The translations under genes were made by a program, and so were the position numbers. DNA of 64,000 nt, from the NCBI RefSeq assembly GCF_001194135.2, contig NC_068992.1:50870335-50934334 (forward strand), read 5' to 3'. Shown here piece by piece: positions 41,012 to 54,653 of this stretch; positions within the stretch are counted from its first letter, which is position 1; every line of letters begins with the position of its first letter. Under the pieces are notes generated by a model that was not told the DNA's origin, did no database searches, and saw nothing but the letters and a program-made list of their open reading frames with translations. The stretch comes from Octopus bimaculoides (Eukaryota).

Positions 41012-41423
41012 TCTTTACTCTTTTACTCTTTTACTTGTTTCAGTCATTTGACTGTGGCCATGCTAGAGCACCACCTTTAGTCGAGCAAATCGACCCCAGG
41101 ACTTATTCTTTGGAAGCCTAGTACTTATTCTATCGGTCTATTTTGCCGAACCTCTAAGTTACGGGGACGTAAACACACCAGCATCAGTTGTCAAGCGATG
41201 TCGGGGGGACAAACACAGGGACACAAACATATACACACACACATATATACATACGTATTTACGACGGGCTTCTTTCAGTTTTCCGTCTACCAAATCCACT
41301 CACAAGGCTTTGGTCGGCCCGAGGCTATATTAGAAGACACTTGCCCAAGGTGCCACTTGCCCAAGGTGTCCAGAATCATGTGGTTGGTAAGCAAGCTAAT
41401 TACCACACAACCACTCCTATGCC
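41012..41423 (-). mobile_element. SINE family A, near full length, with an internal tandem duplication of CACTTGCCCAAGGTG
   Basis: Reverse complement: GGCATAGGAGTGGTTGTGTGGTAA head, core ..GGGCCGACCAAAGCCTTGTGAGTGGATTTGGTAGACGGAAACTGAAAGAAGCCCGTCG, and an (AAAGAGTA)n tail. Confidence 0.9.
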
Positions 41424-42478
41424 TATATATNNNNNNNNNNATTCATACCCCCGCGTGTGTACCTCAAAATCTTCATAACTGTAGAATAGGTAAAAGCCCA
41501 GGTGAAGCCGATCGCAGGTGCAGATCTCGGGTGTAGTAGCAATAGTTGAAAAATCTGCAAGCATACTTGTTTTTTGACTCTCTATTGCTTGGACAATCAA
41601 CAGTATCTACCGGCATAGAAAACTTTATTTTTTAATTAAATATCGCAACAAATCCATAGAGGTATTGTAATCCATACATTTAGCTATTACATGCTGTACG
41701 TGCTGATATATTTGAAATAGTTGACTCGTCAATTGTGCATGCATACCACAGAGTTACATCAACTATGGATGATGTAAACTAAATGCCAACAACACTCTCA
41801 CATTTTGAAATCCTTGAAGCGGTAACAAAAGTCAAATGCTAATGCAAGCTGTGTGTACAAATAATAGCGAGGAAAGTGTCGGTAGAATAATTAATGGTGA
41901 ATGATGTCCTTGTCTAAAACCTCTGATATTTTGCATGTTACAAAATCATAGAACGCTATTTGCTGCATGCCACAATGACATTTTGTCGATGCAGGCCTTG
42001 GCTAATCGCCTCAAGCGCAAGACACCATAGAAATTGAATACATTCTATTCTATTTCTTTTCTGTTGGGTTTCATGATTTTATCCTTCATATAAACTTCAA
42101 CCTTAGATTAAAATTTTTGTGTATCATTCTTAGTAGTTTGCTTGTTCATTAATTTGCGTTTACTCATTTCCAAGACACATTTCTCCGCCACATTTGTTGA
42201 AGTGTGAGTCGTAAGTCATTTAACTTGAATTGATATATCGACAAGCGTTCTTTCATCTAGGATAATTCGAACGTTTCATATATTTTCAGAAAATGTATTC
42301 ACGATATTCATATGATATTTTTTTTCTTCACTTAAAGCATGCAGTTTTATGAGAAGGCATTATAATACTTACATATATACAAATACATAATACACATATG
42401 TATGTAAGCGTATGTTCACACATATATATATAATATACACTCACACGCATGCTCGTTACACATATACACATACACGCG

Positions 42479-42545
<67 letters not shown>

Positions 42546-43144
42546 ACGTAGGTTCGTGTTTGTGCTTGTATGTATATACATGTATGTAAATATTTATATT
42601 TGCTTTTATGTATAGTTATATAGAAAAATACTAAACATTAATTGGAGAATCAATACTTGTAAGTTAAGTAAGACATTTATTTTATCTTAAAAGGGGATAG
42701 AGTTGTCAGTGACTTCAAAGTATGCGGCTCACTTTCCTATATGACCGTCTGTTTAAATACTACATAATTATAGCTGCAATATTTTTTCGTTCAAAGTCAT
42801 TTAACTTAACTGTTCAATAAAAGAGAAAGATATCAGATTTAGAGCAATAAGACATCCAATTATTCATATATACATCAAAATTAAAGAGACACAGGAAATT
42901 TAAGTGGAGTAACATACTGAAATAATATAGCCACAATTTCCCCACTCACCCGATAATATTATATGTCTGTATAATGTTTATATATGTATAACCATGGGAG
43001 TGTAGCACCGAATTAATGCTCGAACTAATCAAATTCTTTATATTTCAACTAGTTCAGTAGATTAGGAGTTGCCTATAAGAAATAGAATACTTAAATGGGA
43101 AATAAAGAGGCAAGTGTTGGCCTGCAATATTAGATGAAACTAAA

Positions 43145-43340
43145 GCGGAGAGCTGGCAAGATGATTTGCGGCATATCATCGTCTTTACATTCCACCTTCA
43201 AATGCTGCCGGGGTTGACTTTGGCTTTTATCCTTTTGGGCTCGATAAAATAAATACCAGTTAAGCACCGGGATCGATGTAATCGATTTACTCTCTCACTG
43301 GAAATTTGCTGAGCTTCTGCCAAAATTTGAACCCAATATT
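43145..43340 (+). mobile_element. SINE family B copy, degenerate
   Basis: GCGGAGAGCTGGCAAG..GTTGACTTTGGCTTTTATCCTTTTGGGCTCGATAAAATAAATACCAG. Confidence 0.8.
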
Positions 43341-43595
43341 AGTTGATACTAATTCATTTATATAAGTTGTTACATATATATTCATTAAAAAAAATAGGAT
43401 ACATGTTTGTATCAGTTTGGAAGATTTGGCAAATGGTCGATGCTATTATGTAAATTGTACAGAATATTATTAAACGCAGCAAAACCCGTTGTGGATATAT
43501 ATAAAATGTATTTGTAAATCTCAAATACATGACTTCCTCTCATATACAATTGTCCATCCTCGTTGGTAAAACATTGCATACTGCTTTGTATATTA

Positions 43596-43644
<49 letters not shown>

Positions 43645-43754
43645 GCACACACGCACGCACACACACATACACACACATATTTAAGACACGGTATAAATAA
43701 TGGTCATTACATATTCTTCTATTGTAGTAAATTCGATTTACAAACACATGCGCG

Positions 43755-43799
<45 letters not shown>

Positions 43800-46700
43800 A
43801 CTTGTAAAGGTCGTGTTATGACCCTCAAAATATAACTAGTGTGTTAGAACATCATATGTTTCTGTACACTCTCAATCTTCCTTTACATCCAGTATTCATG
43901 TTGTTATTGCAAGATTTCATGTTACATGTCTCTTTTGCTATGAACATCACATAATACAGCGACAGAATTATATTGTTGTAAGCAATGAGAATATAGAGTA
44001 CAGCAAGAGGGAAGAACATAATTTTAAAGTATTTGAAAATCTACCCTTACACTTGTTTGAGTAGCAAATAGGAACTGATTATGCAAGAAAACTTACAGTA
44101 ATGTTTGATCCTAACATGTAATATCATAATGGAATACTTTCAGTCTACAGTATTCAACGTTATGTTTTTCTTAGTACACACATATTTCTCTCTCATCATT
44201 CAACCAATCTTTCAGAATAGCAAAGTTTCCACATTCGGTCTAAATACTGGAAAAGGTTATGAGTACACAACGAGGAGGTAACCCTTTCTTAGCTTCGTAG
44301 ATGTGAACACATGATATTAATTTAACTTCCAAATTAGACTGGCGTCAAATCAACGATTGGAGAGCCAGTCTCATTTGATATACAATATTAATTAGAAGCA
44401 CGGCGTAGAGTACAAAGACGGGGTAATCCTGGCTTCCATCACATGTATTTGATCATAATGTCTACTTAAGTAGGATAATTTATGACTAAACAACAATAAT
44501 ATCTGTGCTGGCCTGTTGGATTGTATCCAACGTAACGCACACTATCATATAACTATTAAAATATTTCATCATGGAACAAAACAAAAATGTATCATATATT
44601 TTTCACTTAATACAACTAAGATTATCCGCCAGATTAGCATTGTATTTTTGCGTTTTTATTCCTAGGGAAGCTTTCACTGAGCATCCTATGACAAAGGATA
44701 TCAAAGGATTAGAGACCGTTAACCTCTTCTCATTTTGAAATCATATCATATCTGTTTATTATATTCGTTATTCTCTACATCCATTATATACCATGCATTA
44801 TCCTCTCTAGCAATCCATTTTATAGTGCATACAATCTTATTTGAGGTAGATTTGGCTGTGCTGCTAGTTTTAATAAATTGGGCAAATTCATACTTGCTTC
44901 CTCGTTGAGTCGTGAACATTCTTTTGGACATGATGATCAGTAGAAAACCTCAGTTCACATACGTACATCTTTGTCTGGACTTTTAAGCAAGCAATGCAGT
45001 AGCGTCTGCTTTTGGATCGGAGAACAATGCAATTAAAGTGTCAGTGTTTATAATTTTATGGAAATCCTATTGTTTCATACAATATTGTAATATTTCAGCC
45101 ACCCACTTAACAATTATAACATCACTGTTTACATTTAACTTTTAAATGTAACCAATCGCTACTCGGAGCAATGTTATTTTTAACAAAAATGTATTTGCCA
45201 TTTAAGTGAGACAGTATGTCTATATAGTACCCTTAAAGTACATCAAAAATGACTTTCCACAAACTGAATCTAAAAGTAAAAGATAATGAAAATAAAACAA
45301 AGCAGGAATACTAAAAACAAACTAAATATTCTGCCTAATATTAAAAAAAAAAAAAAGAAAACACCTCGACTTAAAAGCTTCTATTGGAATGCAAGAAGTT
45401 AGAAAGTTTCTGTCACAAATGACATAGTCATAAGTATTTAATATCTCCGAGTGATGGATTAAGGAGATTTCTCTGTAATCCTTAGCAGGGAAGTTTAACC
45501 TGCCTTTTATATAAACATTAGTTCAAAGAAACATTCTTAACGTTACCGTCATGGTAAGATTACGTTTGTAAATTATTTTTTTAACGATTCAGTTTTTTTG
45601 TTATATAACGAAATGTTTAACTATTAAGTTTTATATAATATATTCAATTGTGTACGTGTATTTTATAGACGATTATGTAGGAAGGTAAATAGTCGACATT
45701 TTGTAGCAATAGGTTAGATTGCAGTAGGGAAATGTAGTGAATGAGACATAGTTTAATATTCGTTCACGTTTTATTCTCCGTTCAAACCCTGTTAAGGTAA
45801 AGTGAATTTTTCGTCATGTATGTAATAAGTCATAGAAAAATACTCTGTTAGAATGGATAAATTGCGCATATTCGATCTCCAAAAACCACCTTGTGGTATG
45901 TTTTTAAAAACAATTCATATATAGGAACTGATCACCTCATCTGAAATACACTCCAATTTTGGATCCTGAATATACTGAGTACCAGTCTATTTCATACAAA
46001 ATATATAATTTTACTTGTCCTGATACTCAGTGCATCCATGTGTGTCCGACCTAACTGAACTCAATTTACCAGAAGAGAAAAGAAGTCTACTATGCAGAGA
46101 AAAATGGATTTCCATAAACTGAGTAGAGATGAATAGTCTAGAAGTTCTTCGGATTGATCGAATCTGTAATTCACACAACACAACCCAGTCACTCACGCTG
46201 CATCATAGTGATTCTGTGTGAGGATTACGTTGAGAGTTTTTTGACAGATGCTTAGTTAGTTACACTTCCAGAACAGGTCATTAATTGATAGAACGACATT
46301 AATTGAAGAGGACAATGACAAGTCATGACAGGAAAGAGATCACTAGCTTCTCGTCTGTGACAAAAAGTCCCATCAACTCTGCTGCGTGTGCTCTCGTATT
46401 TTGATAGTACGTAAAGAAACAGGATTCAATAAGATTGAACCCATTAGACTTAGTTTACCTCAAAATCCCCTTTATATTTCGCAGCCCTCACAACATCCTA
46501 CACAATTTCCCTATTCTATTTTCTATTCTGTAATATTCGATAGTTTATTCCGAGACCATACTGCCGCTAGAATTTGGTCGCTTTCTATCTCATATTTTAT
46601 TCATGACATATATTATTTGGAAGAAAGGATTTCAATGTTGGCCATTGTTGTGTCAGTGTTTCTTCGTTTCTTCACAGAAGTATTAAGCTTGGTGAAACGT

Positions 46701-47833
46701 AATCTTTCTGATGTGAATCACATAAAGATATAACTATATTCAATTGCTTCAATGTGTTGAATGTCTGTAGCATAACATACTGTGATACAGCTTACAATGG
46801 AAAATAAATAGTTTATCGATTTAAAAAAGCATAGAAGAAAGAACTTCATTGTAAAACTACTTGTTTATATTGTTTGTAAAGTGACTGAGAATAATAGAAA
46901 GTACATTAATACACTTCCTATAGACAAGATAGTGCACCAGAAGTATATTTTCAAACACGGAACAATAGAATAGCGAGATCGAATTCAGTCTTTAGAAGTG
47001 TTCTTTATATTTTCGCAATATAATTATCATTGATTTCGATAAACGTTAAATTTCGTTATATTGATGAAATGTTTTCCTTCTACACTTTGTGAATTTTATT
47101 TAATCTTTACTTAATCATTAGAATTGCCAAATGAATAAATTTTTTTTTTCAATAAATATTCGATTTTCTCGTTTAGCACATAATTGTGAGTATATATTTG
47201 AAAACTTATATTTTGTTAATTAACGTAAATTCAAAATAATTAAGTGGGCTATGAATGAAAATAGTTAATAGTGGCCCTGTTACTGGTGTTTCTTAAATCG
47301 AAGTCAGTTTAGTTTATGCAGCTCTATGATGAAAGAAAGCATTCCATCTAATGTTGTATCAATCTTGTCATTTTGTATAGCAAGAACTATATTGTCTAAT
47401 GTGCACTTCTTGGTGTAAAACGATAAAATGTGATTTGAACGCAATTTATGGCAAATTTGAGGAGACCGAACGAAAACTAAGACTTTCTATCATTAATCAG
47501 ATCAGAGCATCGTGTCTTAGAGACTCTATCTCGACTTAATTTAGACCACATACAAAGGCAAAAATCACTTAAGTGAGCTAACGAGCTACTATAGATTAAG
47601 TGTTCAAAAGTAGCATAGTTACCCAGTTAGATGAGGTACTGAATCATGTAGAACCGACATCATCATGAATTTCTCAGGTTACAGAAATTGGCTATCAACA
47701 TTTCCATGGTTCCTATTTTATCATCTTATCAAATTCTTTAATTCAAATAGATGAGAGGCCATCAGTGTCGGGTTTTGAGCTAAATTTTAAAAAAGGCGGG
47801 AACTTAGTTGCCAACCTAATATATAGGCTACAG

Positions 47834-48212
47834 AAGGCGGTGAGCTGGCAGAAACGTTAGCACACCGGGTGAAATGCTTAACGGTATTTCGTCTGTCTTC
47901 ACGTTCTGAGTTCAAATTCTGACGAGGTCGACTTTGCTTTTCATCCTTTCGGGGTCGTTAAATTAATTACCAGTTGCGTAGTGGGGTCGATCTAATCGAC
48001 TGGCCTCCTCCCCTAAAATTTTCGGGCCTTGTGCCAAGAGTAGAAAAGAATATTCCTTGCATCTCTTTATATTCTGAGTTCAAATAGCCCGCAGTCAAGT
48101 TTCCCTTTCACATTTTTTGTGTCGATAAAATAAAATATCAACGTACTAGAGTTAAGGTTATTTTCGACTAATCCACGTCCATTAAAACTGCTGGCCTTGT
48201 ACCTTAAGCAAA
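47834..48212 (+). mobile_element. SINE family B: well-preserved copy (47834-48050) followed by a 5'-truncated second copy (~48061-48212)
   Basis: GGCGGTGAGCTGGCAGAAACGTTAGCAC..GTTCTGAGTTCAAATTC..TTTCATCCTTTCGGGGTCG..TACCAGTTGCGTA..GGCCTTGTGCC. Confidence 0.9.
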
Positions 48213-48365
48213 ATCATGTATTGCACAGAGCTGTAAAACGAAATGTCTATATCAAACAGGATGCATATACGGGTCAAAAATGGCGTCGTAATTGCCTGAT
48301 TTGCTTGAAATAGCAAACAAACCTTACATCGAAATGTTAAACGTCGTAAACAGTGGCTTGGTAAA

Positions 48366-48946
48366 AGGGAAAGAGCTCAATCACATCCGAGAAGGGAACT
48401 TCATGGAAAAAAGGTTGTTTTTTCTATCTGGTGGGATTGCAAAGGAGTAATTCCCTTTGAATTGTTACCATCTAATGCAACAATCAATGGTCATGTGTAC
48501 TGTCAGCATTTAGAGCGTTTGAACAAAGCTTCGAAGAAAAAAGACCCGCTTTAGTGAATCGAAAACGAGTGATCTTTCATCAGGACAATCCGCGACCCCA
48601 CACTGCAAAGATCACATCAGAGAAGATTGAAGAGCTCGGTTGGGAAAAAATTCCTCATCCACTCTATTCTCGCGGCCTTGCTCCTTGAGGCTATCATTTA
48701 TTTCGTAGTTTACAGAATCATTTGGGGGACATAACTTTCGCAAGCCAGGAGGAGGACGAAATTCATATTTCAGAGTTCTTCGTTTTGAAACCAAAATAGT
48801 TTAACATTGATGAGATTAAAAAGCTTGTAAATAGATGGAAGGAAGTCATAGATAATCAGGGAAAGTACATTGATCAATTAAACATAATTTTGATCAATTG
48901 CTTTCTTTATTCACAATTCCGACAGAGCTTATGAGATGACCTAATA
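48366..48946 (+). mobile_element. mariner 3' half (catalytic region and right TIR)
   Basis: Translation: RELHGKKVVFSIWWDCKGVIPFELLP...YCQHL...VIFHQDNPRPHTAKITSEKIEELGWEKIPHPLYSRGLAP*GYHLFRSLQNHL...LVNRWKEVIDNQGKYID (HDNARPH and YSPDLAP equivalents). It ends ...GATGACCTAATA, whose reverse complement TATTAGGTC is a mariner-type TIR start. Confidence 0.92.
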
Positions 48947-49192
48947 CTTACGTAAGATATTGAACTACATAAACATGGATAAGATTTAATACACAGCAGG
49001 GATTTATACATGTGTTTCTTATTTTATGGACAGAAAAATTTATTGTACAAGTAAACTTATTTCAGTTTACTTAGTGGTGAAAGAAATCAAGAAGAAGAAT
49101 ATTAGCTTGAAAAATATCATAAAGCTTATTTGGAATTGATAGGTTCATCTAATGGAGGGAGATCAATCGACTGACTCTATTTAGAGAACATG

Positions 49193-49251
<59 letters not shown>

Positions 49252-49763
49252 NNNNNNNNNNNNNNNNNNNNNNNNNNNNNNNNNNNNNNNNNNNNNNNNN
49301 NNNNNNNNNNNNNNNNNNNNNNNNNNNNNNNNNNNNNNNNNNNNNNNNNNNNNNNNNNNNNNNNNNNNNNNNNNNNNNNNNNNNNNNNNNNNNNNNNNNN
49401 NNNNNNNNNNNNNNNNNNNNNNNNNNNNNNNNNNNNNNNNNNNNNNNNNNNNNNNNNNNNNNNNNNNNNNNNNNNNNNNNNNNNNNNNNNNNNNNNNNNN
49501 NNNNNNNNNNNNNNNNNNNNNNNNNNNNNNNNNNNNNNNNNNNNNNNNNNNNNNNNNNNNNNNNNNNNNNNNNNNNNNNNNNNNNNNNNNNNNNNNNNNN
49601 NNNNNNNNNNNNNNNNNNNNNNNNNNNNNNNNNNNNNNNNNNNNNNNNNNNNNNNNNNNNNNNNNNNNNNNNNNNNNNNNNNNNNNNNNNNNNNNNNNNN
49701 NNNNNNNNNNNNNNNNNNNNNNNNNNNNNNNNNNNNNNNNNNNNNNNNNNNNNNNNNNNNNNN

Positions 49764-49826
<63 letters not shown>

Positions 49827-49963
49827 ATGCATGTATGTATATCTATAGGTATGTATACATATATATATATACATGTGCACACAGCTATATATGCATATAT
49901 ATTTATATATATGAATATACACACTTGAGCATATGGATACATGTATGTTCGTACATACGAACG

Positions 49964-50068
<105 letters not shown>

Positions 50069-50078
50069 CCATATGCAA

Positions 50079-50114
<36 letters not shown>

Positions 50115-50153
50115 GTATATATATACGTGTGTATACATGCATATATATTCTTT

Positions 50154-50189
<36 letters not shown>

Positions 50190-50322
50190 TGTGCTGTTAG
50201 CTGCATGTAAGATGACTTTTTCAAGATTTTGTTCTTATTTATTTATTATTATTATTATTATTAGTATTATTGCTGTTGTTGTTGGTGGTGGTGGTGTTGT
50301 TGTTATTATACATACATGTATA

Positions 50323-50366
<44 letters not shown>

Positions 50367-51123
50367 GTTTTCACTACTGTAGACAAGAACTAATGGACAT
50401 CCTCAGTGAACAGTAATAGAAATCAAAGCACTAAAGTATCTTGATCACGCAAACTGGTTTTCGAATCAAAACTAATTTGGTTTGACTTACTCAAATTTAG
50501 ACAAATGCTTTTATCTGTTTTATAGTTTTACCAGAGCAGAGAAAATGTTGCAGTTGTAAGAAGGAAAGATAATAAAATACAAGAAATAAGCTAGCATAAG
50601 TAAATGAAGGCAGACTTGAAGATGTTGCTTTCAGTTTAAAATTGTTAGCAGTAAAGTGAAAAGCATTTACTTTAGTCGCCATTTCTTTTTTGTTATACTA
50701 GGAGCCTTTTTATATTATTTGTCTTCAATAATTTTATTCGTTTTTGCCATTTCTTCCTGAATCATCTACATACCATGCATTCCAGTCACTCTTTAGATGC
50801 CTACACAGACACACAGACACACACGTATATATATNNNNNNNNNNNNNNNNNNNNNNNNNNNNNNNNNNNNNNNNNNNNNNNNNNNNNNNNNNNNNNNNNN
50901 NNNNNNNNNNNNNNNNNNNNNNNNNNNNNNNNNNNNNNNNNNNNNNNNNNNNNNNNNNNNNNNNNNNNNNNNNNNNNNNNNNNNNNNNNNNNNNNNNNNN
51001 NNNNNNNNNNNNNNNNNNNNNNNNNNNNNNNNNNNNNNNNNNNNNNNNNNNNNNNNNNNNNNNNNNNNNNNNNNNNNNNNNNNNNNNNNNNNNNNNNNNN
51101 NNNNNNNNNNNNNNNNNNNNNNN

Positions 51124-51137
51124 CGCTCTTCCGATCT
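51124..51137 (+). other. Illumina adapter remnant at a contig start
   Basis: CGCTCTTCCGATCT directly follows the N-gap and is identical to the 3' end of the Illumina Read-1 adapter/primer. Confidence 0.85.
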
Positions 51138-51533
51138 ATGACTGCCTCCTCGTTATCGAGCATGGCCATTGAATGAGGCTTAACTGGTAGCGGTGCTGTG
51201 ATCGAATGTAACATTTTAGCCCAGCTAAAGTTATTCAATATCTTAAACAAAATTGGCCGCTAAAACTTTTACTGGCAAGAGCCGGCTGTAATTGTAATTG
51301 GTCTTTATCTACTTTTGCATGTCGTTTATGTCCTCCCACTGGATTACACTTCACAAGTAACCGTGAAAAACCTTTTGCTGTCAAAATTCCAGTTTAGTCG
51401 CCGACGACCCGACCATGAAACTGGTTGTACTGGACTACATGATACCAGTTGCACTCAAGAGCGATCTGACATACATACATACATACATACCTATTTGCAC
51501 AGCATATTCAGATACACCCATTCAACACTGTCA

Positions 51534-51742
51534 GGGCGGGGAATTGGCAGATTCGTTATCGCGAAGAACTCGCAAAATGCTTAGCGGCATTTTGTTGTAC
51601 TTAAGTTGAAATGCTGCCGTAATCGACTTAATTTATCATAATTTCTGAACGATAAAATAAGTACCAGTTGAACATTGGATTCGAAGAAATTGTCTTACCT
51701 CCTGACCTGAATTTGTTGGCCAAGTGCCAATATTTGAACTCA
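51534..51742 (+). mobile_element. SINE family B copy, degenerate
   Basis: GGCGGGGAATTGGCAGATTCGTTA..AAAATGCTTAGCGGCATT..GATAAAATAAGTACCAGTTG. Confidence 0.8.
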
Positions 51743-51919
51743 ATTTTCTAACAATAACAGAAGCTATGTCGCGGCATATATGTGTATATATACATAGAAA
51801 TCATCAATACTGTGGACTCTCTAAGATGTAACATGGCTAGCTGCAACGAACAACGGGAGCTACGAAGCCGTGGACAGCGGAAGTGAAGCAGTAGTCATTC
51901 TTACTGCGTCCGCTTGACT

Positions 51920-52025
51920 GAAGTCGTCTCCGCATCATTGTACAAGACTTTAGGGTCAATTAACACGGCTATGTGAAGCTTCTGGAGACTGTGGTCGATG
52001 CTTCGTGGCAGAGATTTACTGTTGG
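51920..52025 (+). pseudogene. Short maT/DD37D-like transposase fragment
   Basis: RVN*HGYVKLLETVVDASWQR corresponds to GLRVNADAYIEVLETVVKPW and to the homologous segment of the 14.8-kb relic. Confidence 0.5.
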
Positions 52026-52030
52026 AAGTT

Positions 52031-52033
<3 letters not shown>

Positions 52034-52125
<92 letters not shown>

Positions 52126-52130
52126 ACACA
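52034..52130. repeat. (CA)n microsatellite; another long array at 59935-60014
   Basis: Read directly from the sequence. Confidence 0.95.
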
Positions 52131-53267
52131 CGCACTCACTCATACCCACACACGCTCTCGGATCTATGTCCGTGTGTTTGTGTTTCGATCTCTGTATGTG
52201 GCTTGTGGTCATACCATGCGATTTTAAAAGCATATGTTTGAAAAACAGAATGCGCATTTCTTTGATCTTGATCCAAGTGTCAGTTCAAACATAAAAATGA
52301 CAACGAAAGAATAAGAATAAAAAAAACTAAGCTATGAATGTATAAAATAAAACAGAACGAAGATTACTCCGTTTGCCACGAAGATCAAGTATTTTTTCCT
52401 TGCTGCCTCAAGAGGGCACTGCATTATATCTGTCAAATAAATCATGACAATTCAACAAGAAGTTAATTAATTTGCCTAAAGAGATAAAGAGACTCATGCT
52501 GTCTTATCCAAATGAATCCGATGGCATATCAAAGCAGTGTGTCTGCTGTTATATCTCACGATAATTTATCTCTCGATCTACGCATTTCTCCCAATCTCCT
52601 CTTTAAATTGTGCGTACGTTTGGATGTTACAACTTCTGTGTGTGATTTGAGTTACACATTCTGTGCAGCTGCATTTGTAGATGCGTGCGTGCTTGCGTGT
52701 GTATTAATGTATTTTATGTGTTTGTGTATGAACTTCGTTTGTGCACTCTAAGTTCAAGACCTATCGTGGTTCCAACTGTGTATTTAATTTTAAATTTCTC
52801 TAAAAAAAAAGAAAAAAATGCAAATGCGCAAGAATTAACTCGAATATCATCATCATTATCGTCATCGTCATCGTCATCATCATCATCCTAATCTCTATTA
52901 TCATCATCGACGTAATCGTCGTCGTTGTAGTTCTAACGTACAGATGTCCGTCAAAACAGTTTCAGAAAAATTTCGATTTTGCTCCATTTTCTTTGGAATA
53001 AAGAATAGTTATAGGACATGTAGAAGACTACCCCATTAACAGGGGAAGAAAAGAAAACCCTGCCATTCATACATTTATTTTTTCAAATGCTTTGTTTACT
53101 AGTTGTTGATTTATTTTATATTATATTCACGATACCTACTTTAGTTCTTTTTATCCCTTCCTATTTTTGTTAACATTAAGGAACACCAATTTCCTCAACT
53201 TAGATGTAGTACCTTAATTGATATCAAACAACATAACTTTATTTTATGCTGACCATTNNNNNNNNNN

Positions 53268-53450
53268 GAACACTATTCAATTTTTTTTCTCCGTGTTTTT
53301 CTCCTTGTCTCCGTATTCTTTCTGTTGAAGAGCGTAGCTCGAAACGTCAAAGACTTTCCGTATTCCCGAGCGTCATACTAATATATACTTTTGTTATTTA
53401 CACCACCTGTCCTCGTCTGTTGTTATTTTTTGTATAATCTCCCATATATA
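53268..53450 (+). mobile_element. Penelope-like element (PLE) terminal-repeat or retrozyme-like fragment
   Basis: A pyrimidine-rich segment contains a minimal type-I hammerhead fold, a known hallmark of PLE pseudo-LTRs. The 5' end is cut off by a 10-N gap. Confidence 0.6.
53317..53353 (+). ncRNA. Minimal type-I hammerhead ribozyme fold with variant core CUGUUGA
   Basis: Stem I UCUUU (53317-21) pairs with AAAGA (53349-53). Core CUGUUGA (53322-28) plus an extra A. Stem II GAGC-GUA-GCUC. GAAA (53341-44). Palindromic ACGU stem III. GUC cleavage triplet ending at C53348. Confidence 0.65.
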
Positions 53451-54145
53451 TATATATATGCATACATACTCACGTGCACTCACACAGACACACACACTTA
53501 TATAATCTTACTTTGAATTATCAATTGATTCCGAAATTCATTAATATTTTATAGTCTTGATATCATTATGAATATCCTGTCCACAAATTTTCGGTACACC
53601 GAGGAATTCGCGAAATCGCTAATTACATATGGCAGTGAGTTAATATTGAGAGAATTATAATTCGATGTACATGATAGTATAATGCAATTAAAATACAATT
53701 TACACTAGCAGATATCGAAATAGTTTTAATAAAATTAACTCAAGTTAGCAATAATAACTACGCTGTCATATGTTGATTTATAAGATTTAATTTATTTGTT
53801 ACAAGTTTCTACTATCATCGTTGTCATATATCGGATGTAATTACCCCTCCTCCGTAAGAACCAACAAACAGAAAGTTATTTATATATAATCGTAAGCTAC
53901 GACGTATTATTAGCATTACCTGGAATACTGACGTTGTTGTGTCATCTGCCCTACACGTGATGGTTGTGCGATATCTAACTCGCATTCGCATACAATTTAC
54001 AATTCTTCCAATGCGTGCACCTCTACGCGCAGTCACGTATGTATGTATAAAAACAAGATGATCATACATTAGATCCAAGAAAGAAGTAACACAGAATAGC
54101 TGAAATTATCCTCAACTCATTTTATGAGACGATATTTACATTCAC

Positions 54146-54300
54146 GAGGGCAGTTGATTGGCAGAATCATTGACTTTTCAGGGAAATTTTTTAATGGTCT
54201 ATTCTTATGGTTAATTAGTTTCTAATTTCAAACTCTGTTCATGTGAAATTTGCCTTTCCTCCTACTTGTGTCGATAAAAAAATTACCAGTCAGTTGCTGT
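54146..54300 (+). mobile_element. SINE family B copy, highly degenerate
   Basis: GCAGTTGATTGGCAGAATCATT..TTTGCCTTTCCTCC..GTCGATAAAAAAATTACCAG. Confidence 0.55.
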
Positions 54301-54653
54301 TCTAAATGTAATCTGGTACATCGATTATTTCGATAGCGTAGTATGTACGATATCTAAAACTCCTTAATTACAATAAAGAATCCAACAGACGTCTTTCAAC
54401 AATACTCGCAAAATTACTTAAATTAAAGTATTCTCAAGCGCAGAATAATGCATGGACAGCGTGAATAGGATAATATTCTTGTATTGCAGAAAAATGTGTC
54501 AGCGGCCAGTCATGAGGTTCCAATTCACATCTGTGATTACCGGTCAAGTACTTTACCTTTAAGCTAAACTGCCCAGTAACACACATTTTTTGCAGTTTTT
54601 GAACTTATAAACTTAGCTTTTTTATAGACGCTGTATGTGAAATTCAAATTACG

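Noticed and set aside
46353-46733. Longest non-repetitive open frame (~126 codons, partly hydrophobic)
   Set aside because: No ATG start in good context, no convincing splice bounds and no motif. About one such frame is expected by chance across six frames.
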